Assembly (NCBI GenBank): GCA_963708605.1
Contig: CAVPTG010000011.1
Coordinates: forward strand, 76,639 to 140,638
From: Candidatus Dormiibacterota bacterium
GTDB lineage: Bacteria; Chloroflexota; Dormibacteria; Aeolococcales; Aeolococcaceae
DNA length: 64,000 nt
Direction: 5' to 3'
The notes under the pieces are model-generated. The model ran no database searches and was not told the origin of the DNA. It saw only the letters and a list, made by a program, of their open reading frames with translations. Both the position numbers and the translations under genes were made by a program. Below, piece by piece: positions 19,398-28,644 of the stretch (position 1 is the stretch's first letter; each line of letters begins with the position of its first letter).

Positions 19398-20336
19398 ATG
19401 CTGGTTCTGAGCAAGCACGACGTGGAGGGCCTGCTCTCCGCGCCGGCCATGCTCGAAGCGCTGGAGGCGGGCTTCCGCGCGTACTCCACAGGGCAGGCAT
19501 CCGTGCCTCCCCGCACCGCGGCGCGGGCGCCGGCAGGGCTGCTCGGCGCCATGCCCGGCTGGGTGGCGGAGCGCGGATTCGCGCTCAAGGCGGTGAGCGT
19601 CTTCCCGGGCAACGGCGACCGTGGACTGCCGACCCACCAGGGCGTGATCACGCTCTTCGACGAGCAGGATGGCGCGCTGCTGAGCGTCATGGACGGCGAG
19701 CACATCACCGCGATGCGGACCGGCGGCGGCGCCGCGGTTTCGACCCGCATCCTGGCCCGCCCCGACGCGAAGACGCTGACCATCCTCGGCGCGGGCGTCC
19801 AGGGCCACTCCCACCTCGCCACCGTGCCCCTGACACGCGAGTTCACGGCCATTCGCATCGCCTCGCGCGACCGCGACCGCGCGGCGGCGCTGGCAGCAAC
19901 CGACCCACGCTGCGTGGTGATCCCGAGCTTCGAGGAGGCGATCCACGGCGCCGACGTGGTGTGCTGCTGCACCGACGCCGGCGAGCCGATCACGCGCTAC
20001 GAGTGGTTCGACCCCGGAACCCACGTGACCTCGGTGGGAGGGACCTTCGGCCCCGAGCTGGACGCCGAGACGATTCACCGCGGGAGGGTTTTCGTCGAGT
20101 GGAAGGGGGCCGCCCAGAATCCGCCGCCCGCGGGGGCCCACGAGCTCCAGGGAATCGACCCGGCCGCCATCACCGAGGTCGGCGAGGTGATCGCCGGGTT
20201 GAAACCCGGGCGGGAGAGCTCACAGGAGATCACCGTCTACAAGTCGACGGGCAGCGGTTTCGAGGATGCGGTGGTGGCGCAGATCGTCTACCGGGCCGCC
20301 GTCGCCGCCCGGGTCGGCACGGAGGTCGAACTGTGA
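19398..20336 (+). CDS. ornithine cyclodeaminase / mu-crystallin family protein
   Basis: ATG 19398 (MLVLSKHDV). ITAMRTGGGAAVSTRILA, LTILGAGVQGHSH and ITVYKSTGSGFEDA. Confidence 0.8.
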   Translation: MLVLSKHDVEGLLSAPAMLEALEAGFRAYSTGQASVPPRTAARAPAGLLGAMPGWVAERGFALKAVSVFPGNGDRGLPTHQGVITLFDEQDGALLSVMDGEHITAMRTGGGAAVSTRILARPDAKTLTILGAGVQGHSHLATVPLTREFTAIRIASRDRDRAAALAATDPRCVVIPSFEEAIHGADVVCCCTDAGEPITRYEWFDPGTHVTSVGGTFGPELDAETIHRGRVFVEWKGAAQNPPPAGAHELQGIDPAAITEVGEVIAGLKPGRESSQEITVYKSTGSGFEDAVVAQIVYRAAVAARVGTEVEL

Positions 20337-21262
20337 CCGCCATCGCGGGCGTCGACGCAGCGGCGGTGCACGACGTGTCACGGCTGCTTGCGCCGCATAT
20401 CCGCCACACCCCGCTGATCCCGACGCCGGCGGGCGGGTACCTGAAGCTCGAATCACAGCAGCCGACCGGGAGCTTCAAGGTTCGCGGCTTCTTCGCAGCC
20501 GCTCATCTGGTGGAGCGCGAACGCATGGCGCGCGGGCTCCTCACGGTCAGCGCCGGCAACGCCGCGCTGGCCTGCGCCTACGTCGCGAAATCGCTCCGCG
20601 TGCCCTGTCGCGTGGTGATGTTCGACAGCGCGCCGGTGCTCAAGGTTGATGGCGTCCGCGCCCTCGGCGCGAGGGCGGTGCTGATGCCGCGCGAGCGCCT
20701 GCTCGAATGGATCGCATCGCGCGCGTGGGAACAGGACCCCGAGTTGTTCATCCATCCGTTCGCGAACGAGACGGTGATCACCGGCCACTCGTCGATCGTT
20801 CCCGAGATCCTCGCCGACCTTCCCGATGTCGAGCGCGTGCTCGTACCGGTTGGCGGTGGCGGCTTGATCTGCGGTATCGCGCTGGGGTTCGCCGCGCTGA
20901 AGCCTGACGTGCGGGTGATCGGCGTGCAATCCGACGGATATCCGTTGTGGCAGCAGGCCTTTGCGGTCAACGGACCACCCGGTCTCACGCCCCGGACGAT
21001 CGCCGACGGCACCTCCGCGCCCTTCGACCCGGTGATGTTCGAACGCCTGAGGTCACTCGTGAGCGAGTGGGCTCTCGTCCCCGAGACGACACTGCGAAAG
21101 ACGGTGGCACGCCTCGCCACCGAGGTGAAGGTCGTCGCCGAGGGAGCGGGCGCGCTCGCCTACGCCGCGATGCTCGACGCACAACCAACGTCGCGCACGG
21201 TGGCCATCCTCAGCGGCGGGAACATCGACCCCTCGCTCCTGGCGGAGTTGCTCACGGAGTAG
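20333..21262 (+). CDS. PLP-dependent threonine/serine dehydratase family protein
   Basis: GTG 20333 in a GTGA overlap. PLP-Lys motif QQPTGSFKVRGF, then SAGNAALACAY and VPVGGGGLICG. Confidence 0.8.
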   Translation: MTAIAGVDAAAVHDVSRLLAPHIRHTPLIPTPAGGYLKLESQQPTGSFKVRGFFAAAHLVERERMARGLLTVSAGNAALACAYVAKSLRVPCRVVMFDSAPVLKVDGVRALGARAVLMPRERLLEWIASRAWEQDPELFIHPFANETVITGHSSIVPEILADLPDVERVLVPVGGGGLICGIALGFAALKPDVRVIGVQSDGYPLWQQAFAVNGPPGLTPRTIADGTSAPFDPVMFERLRSLVSEWALVPETTLRKTVARLATEVKVVAEGAGALAYAAMLDAQPTSRTVAILSGGNIDPSLLAELLTE

Positions 21263-21348
21263 CCCCGGCCTCGTTGAAACTCGGAGGCCGCGCGGCGGCA
21301 CGCGACCGCGTACCCCCGGGACTCACGCCGAGTGCGGAACGGACGCGG

Positions 21349-21666
21349 TCAGCTCCCGCCGGAGCTGGCGACCGGGCCGCCGCCGGATCCGGCCTGCGGC
21401 GCCTGCGCGGGGACGAAGAAGCTCGGCTGCTGAGTCACCGGTTGCTGGTTGACGGGTTGCTGCGGGATCTGCCCGGTGGCGGGATCGGCCACGGCGGGCG
21501 GGCTGGCCGGCGCCTTCGCGTGACCCGGGGCAGTGGTCGCCGCGACGACCGAGAGCACCACGGTGCATCCGGCCGCGGCGATGCCGGCATAGAGCGTGAT
21601 CCGTCGCCGCAACAGCAGGCTCAGGTCTCTGCGGAGGCGCGCGGAATCGAGTTCGCCAGGGGCCAT
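21349..21666 (-). CDS. hypothetical single-pass membrane protein, Pro/Gln-rich ectodomain
   Basis: ATG 21666 (MAPGELDSARL). One TM helix (ITLYAGIAAAGCTVVLSVVAA), then PQQPVNQQPVTQQP low complexity. Start uncertain. Confidence 0.4.
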   Translation of the reverse strand: MAPGELDSARLRRDLSLLLRRRITLYAGIAAAGCTVVLSVVAATTAPGHAKAPASPPAVADPATGQIPQQPVNQQPVTQQPSFFVPAQAPQAGSGGGPVASSGGS

Positions 21667-21833
21667 CGCACCCAGCGTAGCCGGGAAAACTTGCGGGATC
21701 GTGACCGTCCGGCGACGCGTTCGGACGGCCTCCGGCATGAAATGCCATGCTTGCGGCCCCCACGGGAAGGGTCGATGGCGGTGCCGGACTGGGCGTTCGG
21801 TGTCCGCCCAGCGCCGCGAGAGTTGCAGGGGAG

Positions 21834-23131
21834 ATGGGTGAGGGGGTTCGCGACGACCCGACCACCGGCCGCATGGTGTGGACGGTGATTCGGCGCGTCC
21901 GCCGCGCCGCCCTCGCCACTGGCGCGGTGATCGCGGTTGCAGCGAGCATGAGTGCCGTCGCCGTCCGGAGTGTCGCCGACGTTCAGCCGGGGCCGTCGAG
22001 CCAGGGGACGGGCGCTCTGACCCACGGCAAGCTGGTGGCGGGTGCGGGAGGCACCTACCTTCCCATCATCCCGGCGGGGATCACGCCGGGCGGCTCCGAC
22101 CCCCGGAATCCACTCACCGTCCCGCCACCGGGCGTCAATCCGCAGGGCATGAGCTGTCCGGTGGTGCGCCGCGTCCACGGCCCCGGCGGCGGGATCGTCC
22201 TGGTGCTCTCCATCCTCCCGACCTTCACGAAGAACGGAGCGGGCGGCTACGACGGCACCGATTCTCGATTCGGCTATGCGGTCGCCGGCGCGATTCCACC
22301 GGGCGGGAACCCTGCGGATACCGCCATCGGAAGCCCCGCCACGGCGGCCAACGTCGGTGGTCACGTGGTCGCGGTCACGGCATTCCTCCGCACGCGGGGC
22401 ACGTGGGTGGACGCGCAGCCGGTCGCACCCTATGGGGGAGCTGCCAGGGCGCCACCTTCGTCTTCAGCTCTCCATACCTGGCCGGTGACGCACCCGCTCC
22501 GGAGCCGCCGGTCAGCGTGCTCTCCACGCCGCCTTTCCCGATCGGCGCGAACCTCGAAACCGCGCTGACCCGCAACTGGACGGTGGGCACCGTCGACATG
22601 ATCCCTGGCTCCTCGACCACGTCGCGGACCTGGGTCCATGTCCCCACCTGCGTATGGATGGCGTCGACGGTGCCCACCGCGGCTGAACCCTCTCATGCGC
22701 TCACCTCCACGGTGGTGGGCGGGTACACGCTCTTCCTCCTCTACGACGTCACCGTGACTCCCGGGACCGTCGCATGGAACTGGGGCGACGGCACCTCCTC
22801 GGTCGCATCGGGTCCGGTCGAGCGCGGGCCCGCACGCCTGCCGGCATACGACCCATCGACGCAACGCTGGACCGACCCGTGCGCGGTGAGCCATAACTAC
22901 ACGGCCGTCTCGACCGGCGCGACCATCACGGCGACCGAGACCTTCACGGTCACGATCACGGTCAGCTGGAGCGACGGTGTCGCGATCCACACCGAGCCGG
23001 TGGCATGCGACGCAACGACGGGTGGCGCCTGCCGCCTGACGATCGGCCCGCGTGACGGTTGGCAGAGCGGTCCGCATCCCGTCGACCAGATCGAACCGGT
23101 GCCCTTTCAACCGGCCTCACCCGCGCCGTAA
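21834..23131 (+). pseudogene. secreted/anchored protein with PKD-like domain, one frameshift
   Basis: N-terminal anchor RRAALATGAVIAVAASMSAVA. C-part has WNWGDGTSS ... SHNYTA ... TFTVTITVSW (PKD-like). The junction APYGG|SCQGATF sits at G5 run 22434-22438. The span is 3n+2, read as one missing G. Alternative start 21873. Confidence 0.55.
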
Positions 23132-23144
23132 CCGGTCCTCAGAA

Positions 23145-24680
23145 TCAGCGGCTGCGCAGCGACCTGCCGGTCATCTCGGCCGGCACGGGGAGGCCCATCG
23201 CATCCAGGACGGTCGGCGCGATGTCGCGCAGACCGCCGCCCTCGCGCAGCGGCGCGTCGCCGGCGCCGCAGAGGATCACGGGCACGGGGCTGGTGGTATG
23301 CGCCGTGAGCACCGACCCGTCGCGGCGGTCGATCTTGTATTCGGCGTTGCCATGGTCGGCGGTGATCAGCAGGCCGCCGTGCGCAGTGTCGACCGCCGTC
23401 GCAATACGTCCCAGGCACGCGTCCACGAACTCGACCGCGCGCACCGTCGCCTCGAAAACGCCGGTGTGTCCGACCATGTCGGCGTTGGCATAGTTGGCGA
23501 TGATCAGCGCGTCGTCGCCCCGCTCCAGTCGAGCGATCACCGCGTCGGTGACGCCGGCGGCGCTCATCTCCGGGACGGTGTCGTAGGTCGCGACCCGTTG
23601 GGACGGAACCAGCAGGCGGTCCTCGCCCAGAAACGGTGTCTCCCGTCCACCATTGATGAAGTAGGTGACGTGCGCATATTTCTCGGTCTCGGCGACGTGG
23701 AACTGGCGCAGCCCGGCGGCGCTGACCTCCTCGGCCAGCGTGTGCAGCACGTCCTCGCGTGGGAATGCCACCCGCGCATCGAGGTCCCGCTCGTATTCCG
23801 TGAACGTGACCAGCTCGACGTCGCGCAGCACCCTCGATCGCGGGAAGCCGTCGAAGTCCACGTCCACCAGCGCGTGCGACAGCTCGCGGGCGCGATCCGG
23901 GCGGAAGTTGAAGAAGATGATCGAGTCGCCGTCCTCGATGCGGACGCGCCTGCCGTCGTGCACGATCGACACCGGGGGGATGAATTCGTCGGTGACGTCC
24001 ACCGCGTACTGCGCTTCGATGTATGCGACCGCGTCGGGTGCGACGTTGTCCCCGTCGCCCGCGATGGTCTCGTAGGCGCGCTGGATGCGATCCCAGCGCC
24101 GGTCTCGGTCCATGGCGAAATACCGTCCGGAGACCGATGCGATCGCACCCACCCCCACGGCATCGAGCGCGTCGATGAAGCTGCGGACGAACCCGGACGC
24201 GCTCGCCGGCGGCTCGTCGCGCCCGTCGAGAAACGCGTGAAACCACACCGAGCTGAGGCCGCGGCGACGGGCGAGCTCGGCCAGTGCGACCGCATGATCC
24301 TGATGGCTGTGCACGCCGCCGGGCGAGATCAATCCGAGGCAGTGCAGCGTGGCGCCGCGGTCGCGGGCACGATCCACCGCTTCGCAGAACACGGTGTTCT
24401 CGTAGAAGCTGCCGTTCTCGATGGCGAGGTTGATCGAGACCAGCGGCTGATAGATGAGGCGTCCTGCGCCGATGGTGAGATGGCCCACCTCCGAGTTGCC
24501 CTGCTGGCCGCGTGGAACGCCCACCGCCTCACCGCTGGCGTCGACCGTCGTATGCGGCCAGCGCTGCTCCAGCGTGTCGAGCACCGGGGTGCGCGCGGCT
24601 GCGATCGCGTTCCCGTACGGGTCCGGGTTGCATCCCCATCCGTCCAGGACCACCAGCACGAAGGGCCGTGTCCCGCTCAT
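23145..24680 (-). CDS. gpmI: 2,3-bisphosphoglycerate-independent phosphoglycerate mutase
   Basis: 511 aa. VLVVLDGWG, GNSEVGHLTIGAGR and ITADHGNAE. Confidence 0.95.
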   Translation of the reverse strand: MSGTRPFVLVVLDGWGCNPDPYGNAIAAARTPVLDTLEQRWPHTTVDASGEAVGVPRGQQGNSEVGHLTIGAGRLIYQPLVSINLAIENGSFYENTVFCEAVDRARDRGATLHCLGLISPGGVHSHQDHAVALAELARRRGLSSVWFHAFLDGRDEPPASASGFVRSFIDALDAVGVGAIASVSGRYFAMDRDRRWDRIQRAYETIAGDGDNVAPDAVAYIEAQYAVDVTDEFIPPVSIVHDGRRVRIEDGDSIIFFNFRPDRARELSHALVDVDFDGFPRSRVLRDVELVTFTEYERDLDARVAFPREDVLHTLAEEVSAAGLRQFHVAETEKYAHVTYFINGGRETPFLGEDRLLVPSQRVATYDTVPEMSAAGVTDAVIARLERGDDALIIANYANADMVGHTGVFEATVRAVEFVDACLGRIATAVDTAHGGLLITADHGNAEYKIDRRDGSVLTAHTTSPVPVILCGAGDAPLREGGGLRDIAPTVLDAMGLPVPAEMTGRSLRSR

Positions 24681-24686
24681 CCCGCG

Positions 24687-25487
24687 CTACGCGGTCGCAC
24701 GGGGTCCGGCGTGCGCCTCGGACGCGGCGACGACGATGACGCCGAATTCCTCGGCGCGCAGGCTCACACCACCGACCAGCGCGCCGTCGATGTCCGGCTC
24801 CGCAAACAGCGACGCCGCGTTGGCGGCGGTGACGCTGCCGCCGTAGAGCACGCGCGGGGCACCGTCGAGGTACCTGGCTCGCACGTGCCGCTTGATGTGC
24901 GCGACCACCTCCTGCGCCTGCTCCGGCGTCGCGGTGCGGCCGGTGCCGATCGCCCAGACCGGCTCATAGGCGATCACCCAGTCATCGACGGACGGTGGAC
25001 CTTCGACCTCGGCGAAGACGGCATCGAGCTGGCGCTCGACCACGTCGAAGGTGCTGCCGGCGTCGCGCTCATCGCTGGTCTCCCCCACCGCCACGATCAC
25101 CTGAAGCCCGTGCGCGAGCGAGGCGACGAACTTCTTCCCGACCTCGTCGTCGCGCTCGCCGAAGAGGTGTCGTCGCTCGGAGTGACCGACGAGCGTGAGG
25201 TCGCACCAGCCTGCGAGCATCGCCGGTGAGATCTCGCCGGTGAAAGCGCCGGCATCCTTGTAGTACACGTCCTGCGCGCCGAGTCGGACGCCCGTGCCGT
25301 CCAGCACCGCGCGAACCGCCCACAGGTGGGTGAATGGGGGCAGCACAGCCACGTCGACGCCGGTCGTCCCCGCGACGGCGGCGCACACCGCCTGCGCGAG
25401 GGCAATGCCCTCGTCGACGGTCGTGTTCATCTTCCAGTTCCCGGCGACCATCGGCCGCGACGCCGGGCCGCTCCGGGACGGGATCAA
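24687..25487 (-). CDS. tpiA: triose-phosphate isomerase
   Basis: SRPMVAGNWKMN, GHSERR, IAYEPVWAIGTG and YGGSV. The internal ATG (25451) would remove the conserved R-x-P before AGNWKMN. I therefore prefer TTG 25487, which forms a TTGA overlap with the pgk stop. Confidence 0.9.
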   Translation of the reverse strand: MIPSRSGPASRPMVAGNWKMNTTVDEGIALAQAVCAAVAGTTGVDVAVLPPFTHLWAVRAVLDGTGVRLGAQDVYYKDAGAFTGEISPAMLAGWCDLTLVGHSERRHLFGERDDEVGKKFVASLAHGLQVIVAVGETSDERDAGSTFDVVERQLDAVFAEVEGPPSVDDWVIAYEPVWAIGTGRTATPEQAQEVVAHIKRHVRARYLDGAPRVLYGGSVTAANAASLFAEPDIDGALVGGVSLRAEEFGVIVVAASEAHAGPRATA

Positions 25488-26686
25488 CGCCGCGCCACCT
25501 CGCGATCGCGCAGCGCCGCGACGCCGGGCAGCGTCCTCCCCTCGAGGAACTCGATGGTCGCGCCGCCGCCCGTGCTGATAAAGCCGATCTTGTCGGCAAC
25601 ACCTGCGTCCTGGACGGCGGCCGCGAGGTCGCCCCCGCCGATCACGGTGGTGGCCTTGGATGCCGCGACCGCGCGAGCGACGTCGCGCGTCCCGGTCGCG
25701 AACGCGGGAATCTCGTAGATGCCCAGCGGGCCGTTCCAGATGATCGTCCCGGCTGAGGCGCAGTCGGCGGCGATGCTCGCGACCGTGTCGGGTCCGGCGT
25801 CGACCACCATCCACCCGTCGGGGATCGCCTTCCAGGCGGCAATCTGGGTCGGGGCATCGGCCGCAACCCGCTCGACGACGACGCCGTCGACGGGAAGGCG
25901 CAGATCGGCGCGCCGTCCCGGAGCCGAGTCGAGGAGGCGCCGCGCGGTGGGCACCTCATCCTCCTCGACGAGCGACGTTCCCGTGCTCTCGCCGAGGGCG
26001 CGATAGAACGTGCATGCCATCGCACCGCCCACCCAGAGCACGTCGACGCGGTCGAGGAGATGGTCGAGCACCCCGACCTTGGTCGAGATCTTCGACCCCC
26101 CGACAATCGCCACGACCGGCGTGCGCGGGTTGTCCATCACGCCTCCGAGCATCTCCAGCTCGCGTGCCATCAGCTTGCCGGCAACCGCCGGAAGCAGGTG
26201 CGCAACGCCCTCGGTCGATGCGTGCGCGCGGTGGGCTGTGCCGAACGCGTCGTTGACGTACACCTCCCCGAAGGCGGCGAGCCGCCTCGCGAACGCGGGA
26301 TCGTTGGCCTCCTCGCCGGGATCGAAGCGGACGTTCTCGAGCATGCCCACGTCGCCGTCATGCAGCGAATCGACCATGCTCTGGGCGCTGTCGCCAACCA
26401 CGTCGGAGGCGAGGCGCACGTCCGCACCGAGCAGGCTGCTCAGTCGGGCCGCGATGGGTCCCAGCCGCGCGCTGTCGTCGATCCTGCCTTTGGGGCGGCC
26501 AAGGTGAGCCACCACGATCACCCGGGCGCTTCGAGCCCGGAGCGCCTCGATGGTGGGGATCGCCTCGCGGATCCTGCGATCATCAGTGATCGCGCCATCG
26601 CGCATCGGGACGTTGAGATCCTCGCGCAGCAGGACTCGCTTCCCGTGCACGTCGATGTCATCGATGGTCGCCTTGGACAGCGCCAT
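25484..26686 (-). CDS. pgk: phosphoglycerate kinase
   Basis: ATG 26686 (MALSKATIDD), 400 aa. RVLLREDLNVP, VVAHLGRPKG, YVNDAFGTAHR and GGGDLAAAV. Confidence 0.95.
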   Translation of the reverse strand: MALSKATIDDIDVHGKRVLLREDLNVPMRDGAITDDRRIREAIPTIEALRARSARVIVVAHLGRPKGRIDDSARLGPIAARLSSLLGADVRLASDVVGDSAQSMVDSLHDGDVGMLENVRFDPGEEANDPAFARRLAAFGEVYVNDAFGTAHRAHASTEGVAHLLPAVAGKLMARELEMLGGVMDNPRTPVVAIVGGSKISTKVGVLDHLLDRVDVLWVGGAMACTFYRALGESTGTSLVEEDEVPTARRLLDSAPGRRADLRLPVDGVVVERVAADAPTQIAAWKAIPDGWMVVDAGPDTVASIAADCASAGTIIWNGPLGIYEIPAFATGTRDVARAVAASKATTVIGGGDLAAAVQDAGVADKIGFISTGGGATIEFLEGRTLPGVAALRDREVARR

Positions 26687-26694
26687 CCTGTCTC

Positions 26695-27729
<1,035 letters not shown>

Positions 27730-28644
27730 TCAGCGCCTGCGGACACGTACTTCCACCCTATCACCGCCCTCACCCGCCGCGGCGACCAGGCGATGCAGCC
27801 GCCCGGCCATCGCGGGCCTGCTGCAGCCGGCCAGCTCCGCCAGATGCGCCAGGTCGTCGTCGGGGTGGAGGGACCGGAGCTCAGCGGCCTCGCGGAGCGC
27901 GGGCGGCAGCGCCTCCCAGCGGACTGCATCGGCCTCGAGCGCGGCGATCGACTCCAGCTGGCGCACCCCCGCCGCTGCCGTCCTGCGCAGGTTGGCGGTC
28001 TCGGCGTTGAGACGGCGGTTCACGCCGTTGCGAACTTCGCGGATCACCCGCCCTGCCTCGAAGGTCAAGCGCCCCGCCTGTGCGCCGATGGAGCTCAGAG
28101 CGTCGCCCACCGCGGGACCGGAGCGCACCGTGACCACCCACCGCCCCCGCCGCCGTCGGGTTCGCGCGCTGACCCCGAGGCTCACAAGATCAGCGACCAG
28201 GCGGCGCGCGCCGGATTCGTCCGCGCAGCCGATCTCGAGGTACGGCTCACCATCGGGACGCACCAGACGGCCGGCGCCGAGGAACGCGCCCCGGAGGCGG
28301 GTCCTCCGGCAGCAGGTTTTCTCTGAGGACGGCTGCAGCGTCGCGGCATCGATGCCAACCACCACGTAGTGGGTGCGTCTCGCGGCCACGACACGTGAGA
28401 CATGGGCCGGGATCCCGTCGGCATGGAGCGCCTGCATCGCTGCGCGCACCGCGACCGGCCGTGTGGTCGCGATCGCACCCGGAACCGCAGTCACCAGCGC
28501 AAGACCCTCGACGAGCGAGCGCCGGCAGCACGGTAGCAGTGGTGTGTACGGCGCCAGTTCAGCGACGACCCGCTGCGTGAAGGAAAGCGCCGCGTCCGCT
28601 CCTGACCTCGGATGCGCCCGGCGTGCTCGTGTATGGGGGGTCAC
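27730..28644 (-). CDS. whiA: DNA-binding sporulation/cell-division regulator WhiA
   Basis: SFTQRVVAEL N-terminus, LAGLIDADG-like middle and a C-terminal HTH (LAHLAELAGCSRPAMAGRLHRL). I prefer GTG 28644, which gives a GTGA overlap with the upstream stop. Alternative GTG 28671. Confidence 0.85.
   Translation of the reverse strand: MTPHTRARRAHPRSGADAALSFTQRVVAELAPYTPLLPCCRRSLVEGLALVTAVPGAIATTRPVAVRAAMQALHADGIPAHVSRVVAARRTHYVVVGIDAATLQPSSEKTCCRRTRLRGAFLGAGRLVRPDGEPYLEIGCADESGARRLVADLVSLGVSARTRRRRGRWVVTVRSGPAVGDALSSIGAQAGRLTFEAGRVIREVRNGVNRRLNAETANLRRTAAAGVRQLESIAALEADAVRWEALPPALREAAELRSLHPDDDLAHLAELAGCSRPAMAGRLHRLVAAAGEGGDRVEVRVRRR

Noticed and set aside
19398-21262. SbnA/SbnB-type 2,3-diaminopropionate synthase pair.
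   Set aside because: The PLP enzyme carries the threonine-dehydratase-type SFKVRG lysine motif rather than a cysteine-synthase-like one. No siderophore or NRPS genes are nearby.
23052-25229. 725-aa ORF on the plus strand. Similar long ORFs lie at 26830-28326, 28623-30062, 55718-56941 and 57645-58796.
   Set aside because: They run antisense to unmistakable conserved genes (gpmI/tpiA, gap/whiA, cyclase, acpS-nnrD, glmS). Their translations are Arg/Gly/Asp/His-rich with no recognisable motifs. This is the usual stop-codon-poor antisense frame of a very GC-rich genome.
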